64,000 nt of DNA from an uncultured delta proteobacterium (GTDB taxonomy: Bacteria; Desulfobacterota; WTBG01; CAIYCZ01): assembly GCA_963803975.1 (NCBI GenBank), contig CAWDOY010000008.1, forward strand, positions 1-64,000, written 5' to 3'. Position 1 is the stretch's first letter. Each line of letters starts with the position of its first letter. A model generated the notes under the pieces. That model did not search any database and was not told the origin of the DNA. It saw only the letters and a program-made list of their open reading frames with translations. Shown one piece after another: positions 30,107 to 40,143 of the stretch. The position numbers and the translations under genes are program-made.

Positions 30107-32143
30107 CTACGCCTTCCTTACCCGGCACAGCGATGACTTTAATCCCGGGAACCCTGAAATGGGATCGCGCTGCGCATGGTCGGTGAGCAGATTACAGTCT
30201 GCATGACGCCAGCCATGAGGCAAATGCACGACTTCGGGGAGGATGCCCTCTGTCACCCGGGCCTTCATGGAAATGCTTCCCCGCGGTGATTCCACGATCG
30301 CCGTATCACCGTCATGAATCCCGCATTCACGGGCTGTTTGCGGGTTGATTTCAAGCCAGGGTGCGGGGAGCAGCTTGTTCAGGCTTGGGATGTTGCGGTG
30401 CTGGGAATGCAAATACATGGGCTGCCGCGCGCCCGTGGTCATGGTGAGCGGATACTCCCGGGCAACCCCCGGAGTGCTCACGATGCTTTCCATGGGCTCA
30501 CGATACACCGGCAGCGGGTCATAGCCGTTTGACGCCAGCGATTGAGAATAGAGTTCTATTTTGCCGGAGAAGGTATAGAAACCATTTTCAAGAAATTTAC
30601 CCGGAACAGCTGCCTCCATAATCCCTTCAGGATGTTTTTTGAGCTCTTCATAGCTGTAGCCGGCTGACTGCAGCAGCAGGTCTGCCGCCTCGGCAAATCC
30701 GCTCCAGGGAAAATGTTTTTCATACCCCATGCGCTTTCCCAATTCCCACCAGATTTTCCAGTCAGGCCAGCACTGGCCGCCATCCACTGCCCGGTTCTGC
30801 AGGTTGAGCGGCATGGTTGCGATTTCGTCGCGCTCCAGGAAAAAGGCCGCCGGCAGCACCACATCGGCATACTCTGCGGTTTCCGTCAAAAACTGATCAA
30901 TCACGGCCATAAACTCAAGCTTCTGAAACGCCTCTTTCACCCTGCCGGTATTGGCAAGCTCCGGTATCGGCGCGCCGCCGGCAACGAGCATCGCCTTTAT
31001 GGGGCTCTCATCTGTTGCAAGCATTTTTTCAATGACCACCAAAGCCTGCGCCTGGTTGATCATGCTCACAAACATCGGATGCTCATCCATGCCGATGGGG
31101 CTTCCGGCAGGGGCAGGAATGTCTTCAGCATCCTCCATGGAGAGAAAAACTGGAGATAGAAATGTATTGCCGCCCGGCACATCGATGTTTCCGGTGATAG
31201 ACAGCAGTATTGAAAGCGCCCTGAGGGTCTGTACCGTGTTGGTGTGATGCTCAAGACCGTTACCGTTCATGATGCTTGCCGGTTTAGCCGCTGCAAACAG
31301 GCGTGCGGCCTGTTCAATCGCGCTCCGGGGAACCCTGGTGATCTTCTCTATTTTCTCCAGGTCATAGTCCGCAAGCATTTCCTTGAGCCGGTCAAAGCCG
31401 GCGGTGTGTTTTTCAACATAGTCCCGGTCATAGAGGTTTTCATCAACAAGGACCCGCATCATGCCCAGCGCCAGTGCTCCATCAGTGCCCGGCCGGGGCT
31501 GGAGGTGTATATCGGCAAGCTGAGCAACATCCGGGGTGCGGGGGTCAATAACAATGAAGCGGGCGCCTTTTTCTTTCAGCTCATTTAAAATCCGCATGCT
31601 GCGCGTATTGCACCCCTCAAGGCTGCCGCTGGCAAAAGGGTTGGCGCCCCAGATGATAACGCATCTGCTGTGTTTAACATCCGCCATGGGCAGACTGCCG
31701 AAGGTGGTAATACCGCACAGGAGCTGGGGGATAAAGCATTCGCTGGCAGCAGAGCAGAGGTTTGCCGTTCCGTACCGGGAGAGAAAGCGCTTCATGGAAA
31801 ACATGGCAACGCAGTTTTTAAGGTAGGTCTGACCGTGATAGACCGCGAGGCTGTTGGCACCGTATTGTGATTTTACTTCTTCAAGCTTTTGGGAAATTAT
31901 ACCCAGTGCTTCATCCCAGCTTATTGCGATCCACTTTCCGTCAACCTTTTTCAGGGGAGTTTTCAGCCGGTCAGGAGCATACAGAATATCCTTTGCTGCC
32001 CTGCCCTTCACGCACAAATCGCCGCGGCTGCGCAGGTGTTCTTTCAAACCTTCTACTTTCTGCACCACGTTGTCTTTGACGGTGACCTGCATGCCGCAGG
32101 TCTTTTCACAGATGCCGCAATAGGTTGTAACTACCTGTTCCAT
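30107..32143 (-). CDS. molybdopterin (bis-MGD) oxidoreductase catalytic subunit, cytoplasmic
   Basis: CGICEKTC...LCVKG 4Fe-4S motif, WGANP, IDPR, PGTDGALA, ETAEYADVVLP, C-terminal molydop-binding domain; no Tat signal. Confidence 0.9.
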   Translation of the reverse strand: MEQVVTTYCGICEKTCGMQVTVKDNVVQKVEGLKEHLRSRGDLCVKGRAAKDILYAPDRLKTPLKKVDGKWIAISWDEALGIISQKLEEVKSQYGANSLAVYHGQTYLKNCVAMFSMKRFLSRYGTANLCSAASECFIPQLLCGITTFGSLPMADVKHSRCVIIWGANPFASGSLEGCNTRSMRILNELKEKGARFIVIDPRTPDVAQLADIHLQPRPGTDGALALGMMRVLVDENLYDRDYVEKHTAGFDRLKEMLADYDLEKIEKITRVPRSAIEQAARLFAAAKPASIMNGNGLEHHTNTVQTLRALSILLSITGNIDVPGGNTFLSPVFLSMEDAEDIPAPAGSPIGMDEHPMFVSMINQAQALVVIEKMLATDESPIKAMLVAGGAPIPELANTGRVKEAFQKLEFMAVIDQFLTETAEYADVVLPAAFFLERDEIATMPLNLQNRAVDGGQCWPDWKIWWELGKRMGYEKHFPWSGFAEAADLLLQSAGYSYEELKKHPEGIMEAAVPGKFLENGFYTFSGKIELYSQSLASNGYDPLPVYREPMESIVSTPGVAREYPLTMTTGARQPMYLHSQHRNIPSLNKLLPAPWLEINPQTARECGIHDGDTAIVESPRGSISMKARVTEGILPEVVHLPHGWRHADCNLLTDHAQRDPISGFPGLKSSLCRVRKA

Positions 32144-32202
32144 CGACCCCTTTCGTCATAGATTACAAGTATCTCTGCGCTACTCTTACTGTCTGCGGTT
32201 AA

Positions 32203-32691
32203 TTATTTTTTACTCTCTGCCGCTTTCTTGTTTTTTTCTGCAAGCCGGATTTCCCTGCGCGCCGCTGCCTGGCGGTTGCGCCGCTGCTCTTCTTCCGTTT
32301 CAAGGATGAGCGGCGGCACCTGGGTAGGGCCGGCCGTTGCGGTCCAGGGCAACAAAGGTGAGATAGGCAGAGGCCGTGTGCCGCTTCTCTCCGGTGAACA
32401 GGTTTTCTGTTTCAACCCGCACCCCGATCTCCATGGATGAGCGTGCCACCATGTTCAGGCTGGCCTTAAGCGTGACCAGGTCCCCCATAAACACCGGGTA
32501 GTGAAATATCAGGCTGTCGATTGAGGCGGTGACCACGTTGCTGCGGGAGTGCCTCATGGCCACAACGCCGCCGGTCATGTCAATGTGCTTCATGATGACA
32601 CCGCCGTGCACATTTCCCGCAGGATTTGCATCCTCCGGCAGCATCACGTAGGAAATGGTGACGCAGCTGTCCTTGATAGTTTTCCTTCCAT
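32203..32691 (-). CDS. acyl-CoA thioesterase (hotdog fold, YciA-like), frameshifted
   Basis: PEDANPAGNVHGG, VVTASID, SSMEIGV, AYLTFVALD; RBS GGAGG before ATG at 32691. Confidence 0.85.
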
Positions 32692-33060
32692 AGAGCCTCC
32701 CCCGAATAAGCTGTTCGCTGACATCTTTCAGCTATCAGCCTTGTCAGTATTTGTATGTAGCATTAATATTTTTCTCGCTGTCAAAGATTAATTAAGAGGT
32801 AAAAGATACTGAGGCCGCAGGGTCTGTGTTTAAAAAAGCCGCCCTGAAAAGCGCAATTGAAGACAACGTCACTTTTTTTTATTTGACACCTGCGGCTCTT
32901 CACCCTATACTCAGCCAATCTTCAAACCAATTGACACTGCAGAAACAAGTTAAAGAGTTACGAGTGAAGAGTCATGGAGTGGTTGACTCTTAAACTCCTC
33001 AACTCCCCCACTCATTAACCCCTACTCTCCGGGGTTAATTTTGCATTAAAAGGAGCAGCA

Positions 33061-33417
33061 ATGGGATCAAATGAAAAACAGATACGGCAGGCGCAACAGC
33101 AGCGGTTTGTGCGCAAACTCGCTGAGCGAAAAGCAGCACTGATTGAACAGGGCGTGGCCCAGGAGAAGATACGAAAAGACCGGGTAATAAAACGCCTGCT
33201 GTCTGACATCAAGAGAAGCTCCCAGGCAATAGTCTCAATAGAGGCACGGGCCAAGACCATCGAACAGGCCAAACTGCAGAGGCAGGAACGGGCTGCACAG
33301 GCAGCAGCAGCCCCCAAGGGTAAAAAGGGGAAAGCCGAAGCCCCGCCGGTGAAAGAAGGCAAAAAAGAAAAGAAGGAAAAGAAAGAGAAAAAAGAGAAGA
33401 AGGAAGCTGAAGCATAA
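33061..33417 (+). CDS. basic Lys-rich hypothetical protein
   Basis: RBS AGGAG; helical, C-terminal (EKK)n tail; followed by a terminator. Confidence 0.7.
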   Translation: MGSNEKQIRQAQQQRFVRKLAERKAALIEQGVAQEKIRKDRVIKRLLSDIKRSSQAIVSIEARAKTIEQAKLQRQERAAQAAAAPKGKKGKAEAPPVKEGKKEKKEKKEKKEKKEAEA

Positions 33418-33446
33418 CCATTCTCTGCTTGCCTGCATACGAACAG

Positions 33447-33480
33447 AAAGGATTTGCGCTGCGGCGCAAATCCTTTTTTT
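33447..33480 (+). terminator. rho-independent terminator
   Basis: AAAGGATTTGCGC/GCGCAAATCCTTT stem plus T-run. Confidence 0.85.
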
Positions 33481-33738
33481 GTGCCCGCATAGTTCAATTT
33501 ATAACTTTCCAGAAAAAAACATTTAATAATAAAATTAATTTGCTGGATATTTAATTGTCATTCAGGTAAAATTTCCCCGCAAAAAGGTTATTGGTCAGCG
33601 GCTCAAGAGTCCCTCATAAAAAAAATATCTGACAGATGAGGGTTCACAGCCTTGATTATATGCACCCGAAAGGGGGTTAAAAATCCGCAACAACCGTCTT
33701 TTAAATGTTAAACCATTTTAAACAAAGGAGGAGTTGCA

Positions 33739-34797
33739 ATGGAGGATAATAAGATCCAAAGAAGATCGTTTCTGAAAATGACCGGAGCTGCCCTGGCAGG
33801 CATGGCGCTCCCCTTCAAATCCAGCCAGGCCGGTGCCGCCGTCGGCACGAACACCGTAAGCGGGGGCAAGTTCTGGGTGAATCCCGGAACCGGGCAGGAA
33901 TATTTCCGGCAAAAGGTCGTCAATACCAAGTTTGTGCAGTCTGATAATACGATCTGGGCCAAGGTGGACGGCTGGTGGCAGAAATATGAGCTTGCTGAAT
34001 ATGACGACGATTTTTTTAACTGGTTTGTTGAAGATACGTTTAAATGGTATGATATTATTTTTACCAGGGTATATCACCGCCAAACGGCGGGCACCACACG
34101 CCCGGGATTTCAACCTATGGCAACAGAAAGTGGCCGCGGTGACAGCAGGTTTCATCTGAACAGCGCGTTCAAGAGCGTCACCATTGCCCCCAAAGCAGAA
34201 AATCTTGATTATTATCTTGGCGTATACGAGCAGGCCATTGCATTTAATGCCGGAAAAGCATCAAGCATCGGCGAATATTCACTTGACTGGAAAAAGAATC
34301 TGCTCAGAACCCCTGAATTCTGGGATCGACGGCGGCTTATCACGACCGACCTCTATTCCAATCAGAATGCCAAGACGGTTGACCTGAGCAAGCGGGAGAC
34401 TGATGTCGAGCAGACTTTTGGCTTCAAGGAAAGCCACTATCTGCTGAACACCATGGTGAACCCGGTGGCAAACTTCCTGTATCTGGACAGCTTCACCAGC
34501 AACGCGGCTCCCACCTGGGAATTGCGCGGCATCGTGGCCAATACCCACTGGAACAATCCTGATCAGGATGAAGCAACGCTGCTCAATCAGAAATACCGGA
34601 AGGCGGTCATGTATCCGCACATGCTGCAGCACGGCCGCACGGAGAATCACATCGGCGTGGTCCTGCATATCGTGGAGCAATTTGACAACAAGGACAGCGA
34701 AACCCCTCCGGGCAGGGGCCTCAGGGTGGTGCCTCCCGGATTCAAATACCTGTCTCATGCTGAGTATAATCTGAAACGGATGGCAGGGAAAGTCTGA
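33739..34797 (+). CDS. Tat-exported protein, possibly FMN-binding split barrel
   Basis: QRRSFLK twin-arginine signal with A-x-A cleavage site; RBS AGGAGG. Confidence 0.7.
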   Translation: MEDNKIQRRSFLKMTGAALAGMALPFKSSQAGAAVGTNTVSGGKFWVNPGTGQEYFRQKVVNTKFVQSDNTIWAKVDGWWQKYELAEYDDDFFNWFVEDTFKWYDIIFTRVYHRQTAGTTRPGFQPMATESGRGDSRFHLNSAFKSVTIAPKAENLDYYLGVYEQAIAFNAGKASSIGEYSLDWKKNLLRTPEFWDRRRLITTDLYSNQNAKTVDLSKRETDVEQTFGFKESHYLLNTMVNPVANFLYLDSFTSNAAPTWELRGIVANTHWNNPDQDEATLLNQKYRKAVMYPHMLQHGRTENHIGVVLHIVEQFDNKDSETPPGRGLRVVPPGFKYLSHAEYNLKRMAGKV

Positions 34798-34844
34798 GCT
34801 GAGCGGAAAGTTTAGAATACCTTTGCAGTGAATAAATCTACGGG

Positions 34845-34885
34845 AAATGCCAGTCCTGCTGCACCAGCGGGACTGGCATTTTTTA
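34845..34885 (+). terminator. rho-independent terminator
   Basis: AAATGCCAGTCC/GGACTGGCATTT stem plus T-run. Confidence 0.85.
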
Positions 34886-35033
34886 TGGGCTGCTGCAACG
34901 GCCTTTATTTATTAACAAAAATAAACTCTTTTTGTTTTTGACGAACGGCCGGATATTTTATAGAGTTGCTAAACAGGAGGGAATGCAACAGAAGTTTTCT
35001 AAAGATAACCAAATACTATTCAGGTGAGGAACT

Positions 35034-35785
35034 ATGAGCTGGTTTGGGAAAATAATGGGTGGAACGCTGGGGCTGCTTTTCGGCGGTCCGCTGGGCGCTG
35101 TTGCCGGTGCGACATTGGGGCATTTTGCATTCGATAAAACAACCGAAGCTCCGGAATATGGGCAAAAAAGGCTCAACCGGACGGAACAGATTCAGGCCGC
35201 CTATTTCATAAGCCTGTTCTCGGTGCTGGGGAAATTTGCGAAGATTGACGGGGTCGTCACCCGGGACGAAATTGCGGTCATTGACCGGTTCCTCCAGCAG
35301 ATGGGGATAACCGGCACGGAACGGGATTTCGCCATCGGCATTTTTAATGATGCGAAAGACTCCCCATACACTATACAGGATTTTGCCGGCCAGTTTTACG
35401 AAGTAAGCAGGCATCAGCAGGCGCTGCTCTATTCTTTCATAGACCTATTGTTCCAGCTGGCTCTTGCCGACGGCAGGGTGCATCCTGCCGAGGAACAGTG
35501 CCATTGATGATATGCGGCGCATCTTCTGGCATCAGCGACACTGAATTTGCCGGCATACAAGGCAGGTATGTTGACGACGCGGAGAAATACTATACGGTTC
35601 TGAACTGTACCGCAGCCTGCACGGATGAGGAAATCAAAAAGCAGTATAAAAAGCTGGCAAAAGATTTTCATCCCGATACGATTATAGCCAAAGGGCTTCC
35701 TGAGGAATTTGTAGCGTTTGCCACGAAACGGTTTCAGGACATTCAAGGTGCCTATGAGAAGATAAAGAAGAAAAGGGGAATTTAA
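35034..35785 (+). CDS. djlA: DjlA-like co-chaperone (TerB + DnaJ domain), frameshifted near 35500
   Basis: GKIMGG.LG...GGPLGA..GA.LGH.FD, AKIDG.V, ALADG; J-domain with HPD motif. Confidence 0.85.
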
Positions 35786-35980
35786 TTTTCCACAGCTTGT
35801 GTGGAAAACTTGTTATTAACCGCAGTTCAAAACAACGCAGAACTGCACAGCGAAAAGAGATTCAAGCAGATTGCTCAGTTTTTGAGCAGCGCATGATAAC
35901 CAGGCGCTCCATATTTATTTACTCCGGACACTGTTTCCGCGCAATTGCAGGAAGCGGCAAAATGTTATACTTACTATCTT

Positions 35981-36478
35981 ATGAAGACTTCTAAACTGCT
36001 ATTCGTTTGCATCGTCAGCATGCTTCTGGGCTGCTCCCCCAAGACGGCAATACGAGTGGACCTGGACACCTACATGCAGCATACCGGCCAGTATAGCGGA
36101 AAAACTATTATCATTACCGCCTCAATCGAAGACCTGCTAAAACGATACGAACTCTATAAAAATAAGGAAGTGGAAGTAGCCGGAACTGTCTCATATTACG
36201 GCAGCAAGAGTTTCTGGACCTGGTACATCCTGCTTGAGAAAGCTGGAAAAACCGTGCGCTGCTATGCCCATCAATACAAAGTTGAACCGGGCCGCGATGC
36301 CCTGCACATGGTGCGGTGGGCGCAAAGCGAGAAGGGTGAAATAGCCGTGCAGGGCAAAGTCAGAAATGACGGCCTTGAGATTGTATACATGAAGTATAAG
36401 GGAGATACCGTCACGCCATACTATAAACCACCGGACAATTATAATCCGCTTCTTAACAATTTTCCGTTAATCAGATAG
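35981..36478 (+). CDS. lipoprotein, OB-fold-like
   Basis: MKTSK...LLGC lipobox; beta-rich. Confidence 0.65.
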   Translation: MKTSKLLFVCIVSMLLGCSPKTAIRVDLDTYMQHTGQYSGKTIIITASIEDLLKRYELYKNKEVEVAGTVSYYGSKSFWTWYILLEKAGKTVRCYAHQYKVEPGRDALHMVRWAQSEKGEIAVQGKVRNDGLEIVYMKYKGDTVTPYYKPPDNYNPLLNNFPLIR

Positions 36479-36552
36479 CTGCAGAGGAACTACCGGGAAG
36501 TGCCATTGTACAACGAGCCGGTAAACTATTATTAAATTCAGGGGAGATCATT

Positions 36553-36810
36553 ATGAACAATAAAAAGGTAATGCTGCTATTCTGTTTTTTGTTCGTGTTA
36601 GGGTGTTCGGTAGAAACAAAGAAAGAGCTGTATCCCAGCGGCAAGGTAAAAGCAGAGAAGCGTTATAAAAAGGGCAAGCTGGAAGGCATCGCCAAGGAAT
36701 TTTATGAGAGCGGCAAATTAAAGGCAAAAATATATTACAAAGATGATAAGCCGATGACCTCAACATGCTATGATGAACAGGAAAATATCATTCCCTGTCC
36801 ACAGCAGTAG
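36553..36810 (+). CDS. MORN-variant repeat lipoprotein
   Basis: VLGC lipobox; YPSGKVK.E..YK.GK.EG..K.FYESGKLK repeats. Confidence 0.8.
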   Translation: MNNKKVMLLFCFLFVLGCSVETKKELYPSGKVKAEKRYKKGKLEGIAKEFYESGKLKAKIYYKDDKPMTSTCYDEQENIIPCPQQ

Positions 36811-36836
36811 CTCCTTATTGGGACTGGATGAAACTT

Positions 36837-36920
36837 GACTTCGGCTGAGCTCGTTTAGTCTGAGCCCATAGGCCTTGAGCTCGTGGCCGAAAGGCTCAAC
36901 GTCGGAGACAGTCGAGGCCT
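36837..36920. repeat. nested REP-like palindromic element
   Basis: GACTTCGGCTGAGCTC...AGTCGAGGC outer arms with inner TGAGCC/GGCTCA and TGAGCTC.TGGCCGAA units. Confidence 0.45.
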
Positions 36921-36953
36921 TACCGCTAAGCCATCGCTCATGCCGGGCGGACT

Positions 36954-36992
36954 AAAAAAACGGCAGAAGTCACTGGGTAGCTTCTGCCGTTT
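36954..36992 (-). terminator. rho-independent terminator
   Basis: AAACGGCAGAAG/CTTCTGCCGTTT stem, T-run on minus. Confidence 0.8.
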
Positions 36993-37017
36993 ACCATGCA
37001 CGTTGTTTTTTCCTTAT

Positions 37018-38040
37018 TTACTTAATGCCATAGATGAATAGTGGTGTCGCGCTAACCGGGCCATGAGAAGTTGCAGCGCCATTAACGTCTGTGTCTTCAA
37101 GCTTATAGAAGTAGGTCCTGCGATTCACTACATCCCTGTCTGCATATGTATACGTGGCCCCGCTGGTTGCTGTGCCCTGTGCAGGAATAAGCGATTCGCT
37201 TAACCGTACATAGGTACCATCTTCTGTTTCTGCACGGTAGATATTAAAGCCAGCATTTTCGATTTCGCTCTCTGTGACCCACACCAGCATCACTTCCCTG
37301 TTGCCGGGAATGCCAATAAATGAAGCCAGCGTAATAACCGTAGGCGGCTCTTGGGTGGTGCTCGTTGTTGTTGGAATAGTCGTCGTGGTTACCGGTATTG
37401 TGGTTGTTGTCGCTTGTATGGTCGTGGTTACCGGTATTGTAGTTGTTGTAGCTTGTATGGTCGTGGTTGCCGGTGTTGTAGTTGTTGTTGCTTGCATGGT
37501 CGTGGTTACCGGTATTGTAGTTGTTGTAGCTTGCATGGTCGTGGTTGCCGGTATTGTGGTTGTTGTCGCTTGCATGGTCGTGGTTACCGGTATTGTAGTT
37601 GTTGAGCTATCTATAATATCTCCAAAAAATATTACCTGGCGTGTGTTAAACTGGCCTAAATAAAATACCACCTTATTAGGAGTTGTGCTGGTACTGCCTG
37701 GAGGGTCAGACTCTTCTATCTGGTAAATACCTGCTTTATTAACAGAAAACAAATACTTACCTTCAGCGTCTGTTTCAATAGATGCTACATCCTTAAAAGA
37801 AAATCCAAAAAAAGAAAATCGTCTTAAGGTAACAGTTACCCCTGGTATTCCCTGTTCTCCCTGGTTAATCTTTCCATCTTGATTCACATCATTAAAACAA
37901 GTGCCGTTAATGGAGCCTTTCAAAACATTGACTCCTATTTCTGTAACAGTTTCAGCCGTGTTGCCAATACTTATACCCAGCAACAAGCAGCACACGATTA
38001 AAACGATAGGTACTATTAATTTTTTTCTTATCATATACAA
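37018..38040 (-). CDS. secreted SdrD-B-like domain protein with Thr-rich linker and C-terminal beta-sandwich
   Basis: Signal peptide; G.CFNDVNQDG....GEQGIPGVTVTL, TDAEGKY.F; C-terminal LASF...W.TESE..NAGFNIYR...YKLED. Confidence 0.8.
   Translation of the reverse strand: MYMIRKKLIVPIVLIVCCLLLGISIGNTAETVTEIGVNVLKGSINGTCFNDVNQDGKINQGEQGIPGVTVTLRRFSFFGFSFKDVASIETDAEGKYLFSVNKAGIYQIEESDPPGSTSTTPNKVVFYLGQFNTRQVIFFGDIIDSSTTTIPVTTTMQATTTTIPATTTMQATTTTIPVTTTMQATTTTTPATTTIQATTTTIPVTTTIQATTTTIPVTTTTIPTTTSTTQEPPTVITLASFIGIPGNREVMLVWVTESEIENAGFNIYRAETEDGTYVRLSESLIPAQGTATSGATYTYADRDVVNRRTYFYKLEDTDVNGAATSHGPVSATPLFIYGIK
37379..37603 (-). repeat. coding tandem repeat, 39-bp unit, about 5.5 copies
   Basis: Encodes TTTTIP(V/A)TTT(M/I)QA repeats. 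Confidence 0.9.
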
Positions 38041-38096
38041 TCCCTCTCCTTTACAATTTTACCTGAAAAACCTCTGCCATATGCTTTTGTTCTTTT

Positions 38097-38438
38097 TTAA
38101 TTTGATCTAGTCCAAGCCCTTAGTTCTGAAATGTTATCATTCAGTTCTTTAATTCCGTCCTTGGTATCTTCAAGCGTTTTGATTGTGCTGACGTAAATGT
38201 GATTTTGAGAAATAAATTGTTCTTTAAATGATTCAAGGTAACTGCGAGCTTGCTGATGCTTGGCTACCTCTTCTTCCAGGCTTTTAATGCTATTTGTTAA
38301 AAACCATATGTACTCAATAACGCCCTGTGAATCACTGCACCCTTGATTCTTACTAAATTCGTTTAATTTCTTGTAAACAATTTCATCCCTTTTCTTTTCC
38401 AAGTTAAAATTAATTGTGGTTTTCTTCTTGAGCGCCAT
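38097..38438 (-). CDS. AT-rich hypothetical coiled-coil protein
   Basis: RBS AGGGGG; 113 aa; short N-terminal strand-helix-helix then coiled coil. Confidence 0.55.
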   Translation of the reverse strand: MALKKKTTINFNLEKKRDEIVYKKLNEFSKNQGCSDSQGVIEYIWFLTNSIKSLEEEVAKHQQARSYLESFKEQFISQNHIYVSTIKTLEDTKDGIKELNDNISELRAWTRSN

Positions 38439-39369
38439 TATTAGCCCCCTTTCTTGCTAATTATTAATTTTTAATTAAATAAAATTTGTTGATTTTTTGC
38501 CATAATTACCCCTTTCTTTGTTTTATTTAGGCAAATATTTGCAAATAATACCTTACTTTTAACCTTATTTTAGATTAATTGTTCTTAACTTTTGCCCTAT
38601 TTATGACTTATAATATATTAAAAAATTATCATCTGTCAAGTAAATCTTACTTAAATTTTTAAATAGACATTCATCCCCGTCCACAGGACGGGGTATTATG
38701 GTTTATTTTCATAAAAAAGGAGACCTTTTTGGTCTCCTTTTAATGTATAATCTGCGATCATTTATTCTGGTGCCGAACACTTTCGATTTGTAATAACAAT
38801 AAAGACTTCGTTATTTATATTTCTTCCATATCCTTTACTATATCTTCAAGCACCAGGCAGAGGCACCGCTCTTTTGTCGTGATGCAGGTCTCCTTATCTC
38901 AGCCATAGAAAGCGTAATAGTCGTCAAGCACGGTATCAAGCATTTTGCGCAAAACCACCGTGAGTTTTGCAGAACGTGAATATTTAGGCGGTCTTCTTCC
39001 GGATTTTACAAAGAGTGCCCGTTCTCTATAGATGGGTATAAACTACTATCTGGTATTTACAATTCCATCGTATGTGTGTTAAGTTTTTTCATCATAGGTT
39101 TTGCTGCCTCGCTCGCGGGGCTTTTCTATGTGGAAAAGTCTGCTTTATCTTTACGCTTCCCCAAGCTTTCCAAGGGTCACACCGCAGAGACCGCGGGTTG
39201 AGCTAACACTGAAATGAGCGATTTTTCACGCCCAAGACAGCGGAAAACAGAACAGTTTAAAATAACAAGTCATTACCGCACAGGGGTAAAGTTATCTGGA
39301 TAACCATGTTTTTATTATCCGGTATGAACGCTATACAATGCATATGCACCAGCATGCTATGAGGTTCGT

Positions 39370-40143
39370 ATGCCCTATGTAATGGTTAATAATTACAGCT
39401 GTTACTATGCCATCTCCAAGCGTGCTCCGGAACACGGTCCAGCGGCAGTTTGCCTGCACGGCTCGGGCGCGGACGGTATTGTCTGGTCGTATCAGCTCAG
39501 CAGGCTGAGCAGTAAGTACCGGGTGATTGTGCCCGACCTGCCGGGACATGGCAGGTCCGGGGGGCAACCGCTTGACTCGGCTTTCGCATATGCCGCATGG
39601 CTTGAAGACTTCTGCCGTGCGCTAAACCTCGCCTCTTTTTTTCTCCTGGGGCATTCCTTTGGCGGTGCGGTCGTCCAGGAGTATGCCCGCTGCCATCCGC
39701 ACAAGATAAAAGGTGTGGTACTGGCAGCTACGGGGACGCAGTTTATGCTGTCGCGCACCTATCGGGACCTCTGTGAGCGCGGTGTGTCACCCGCTGCAGA
39801 TGTTCATGCCGTATCTGGAATGCTGCCTGAGCCATTAAAGAAGGGATATGAACTGCTGCTGAGTCAAAGCAACGGGTCGTTGCATGCAGACCTGTTCGCA
39901 GCAGCGCAATTTGACAGCTCGGCCTGGGTTGGCTCGCTCAAAATACCGGCCCTGGTCATCTGGGGCAGCAGGGATGAGATAACTCCGCGGGAGCTCCCCG
40001 AAGAACTGGCCGGGAAACTTCCTGAGGGCCGGCTGCATATCATTAACGGGGCCGGGCATGTTGTCATGATTGATGCGCGGGATGCATTTAACAGAGCAGT
40101 TGCCGATTTCATCGAGCAGCACAGCGCGGCGGTGGATAGATGA
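39370..40143 (+). CDS. alpha/beta hydrolase
   Basis: LHGSG, DLPGHGRS, GHSFGG nucleophile, GSRD, AGH. Confidence 0.9.
   Translation: MPYVMVNNYSCYYAISKRAPEHGPAAVCLHGSGADGIVWSYQLSRLSSKYRVIVPDLPGHGRSGGQPLDSAFAYAAWLEDFCRALNLASFFLLGHSFGGAVVQEYARCHPHKIKGVVLAATGTQFMLSRTYRDLCERGVSPAADVHAVSGMLPEPLKKGYELLLSQSNGSLHADLFAAAQFDSSAWVGSLKIPALVIWGSRDEITPRELPEELAGKLPEGRLHIINGAGHVVMIDARDAFNRAVADFIEQHSAAVDR

Noticed and set aside
37379..37603. Regular direct repeats resembling a CRISPR array
   Set aside because: Head-to-tail 39-bp units with no unique spacers, in frame within a Thr-rich protein; no cas genes
38762..39095. Minus-strand reading frame with an in-frame TGA (possible selenoprotein)
   Set aside because: No convincing start, redox motif or SECIS hairpin, and several upstream stops; likely non-coding or decayed
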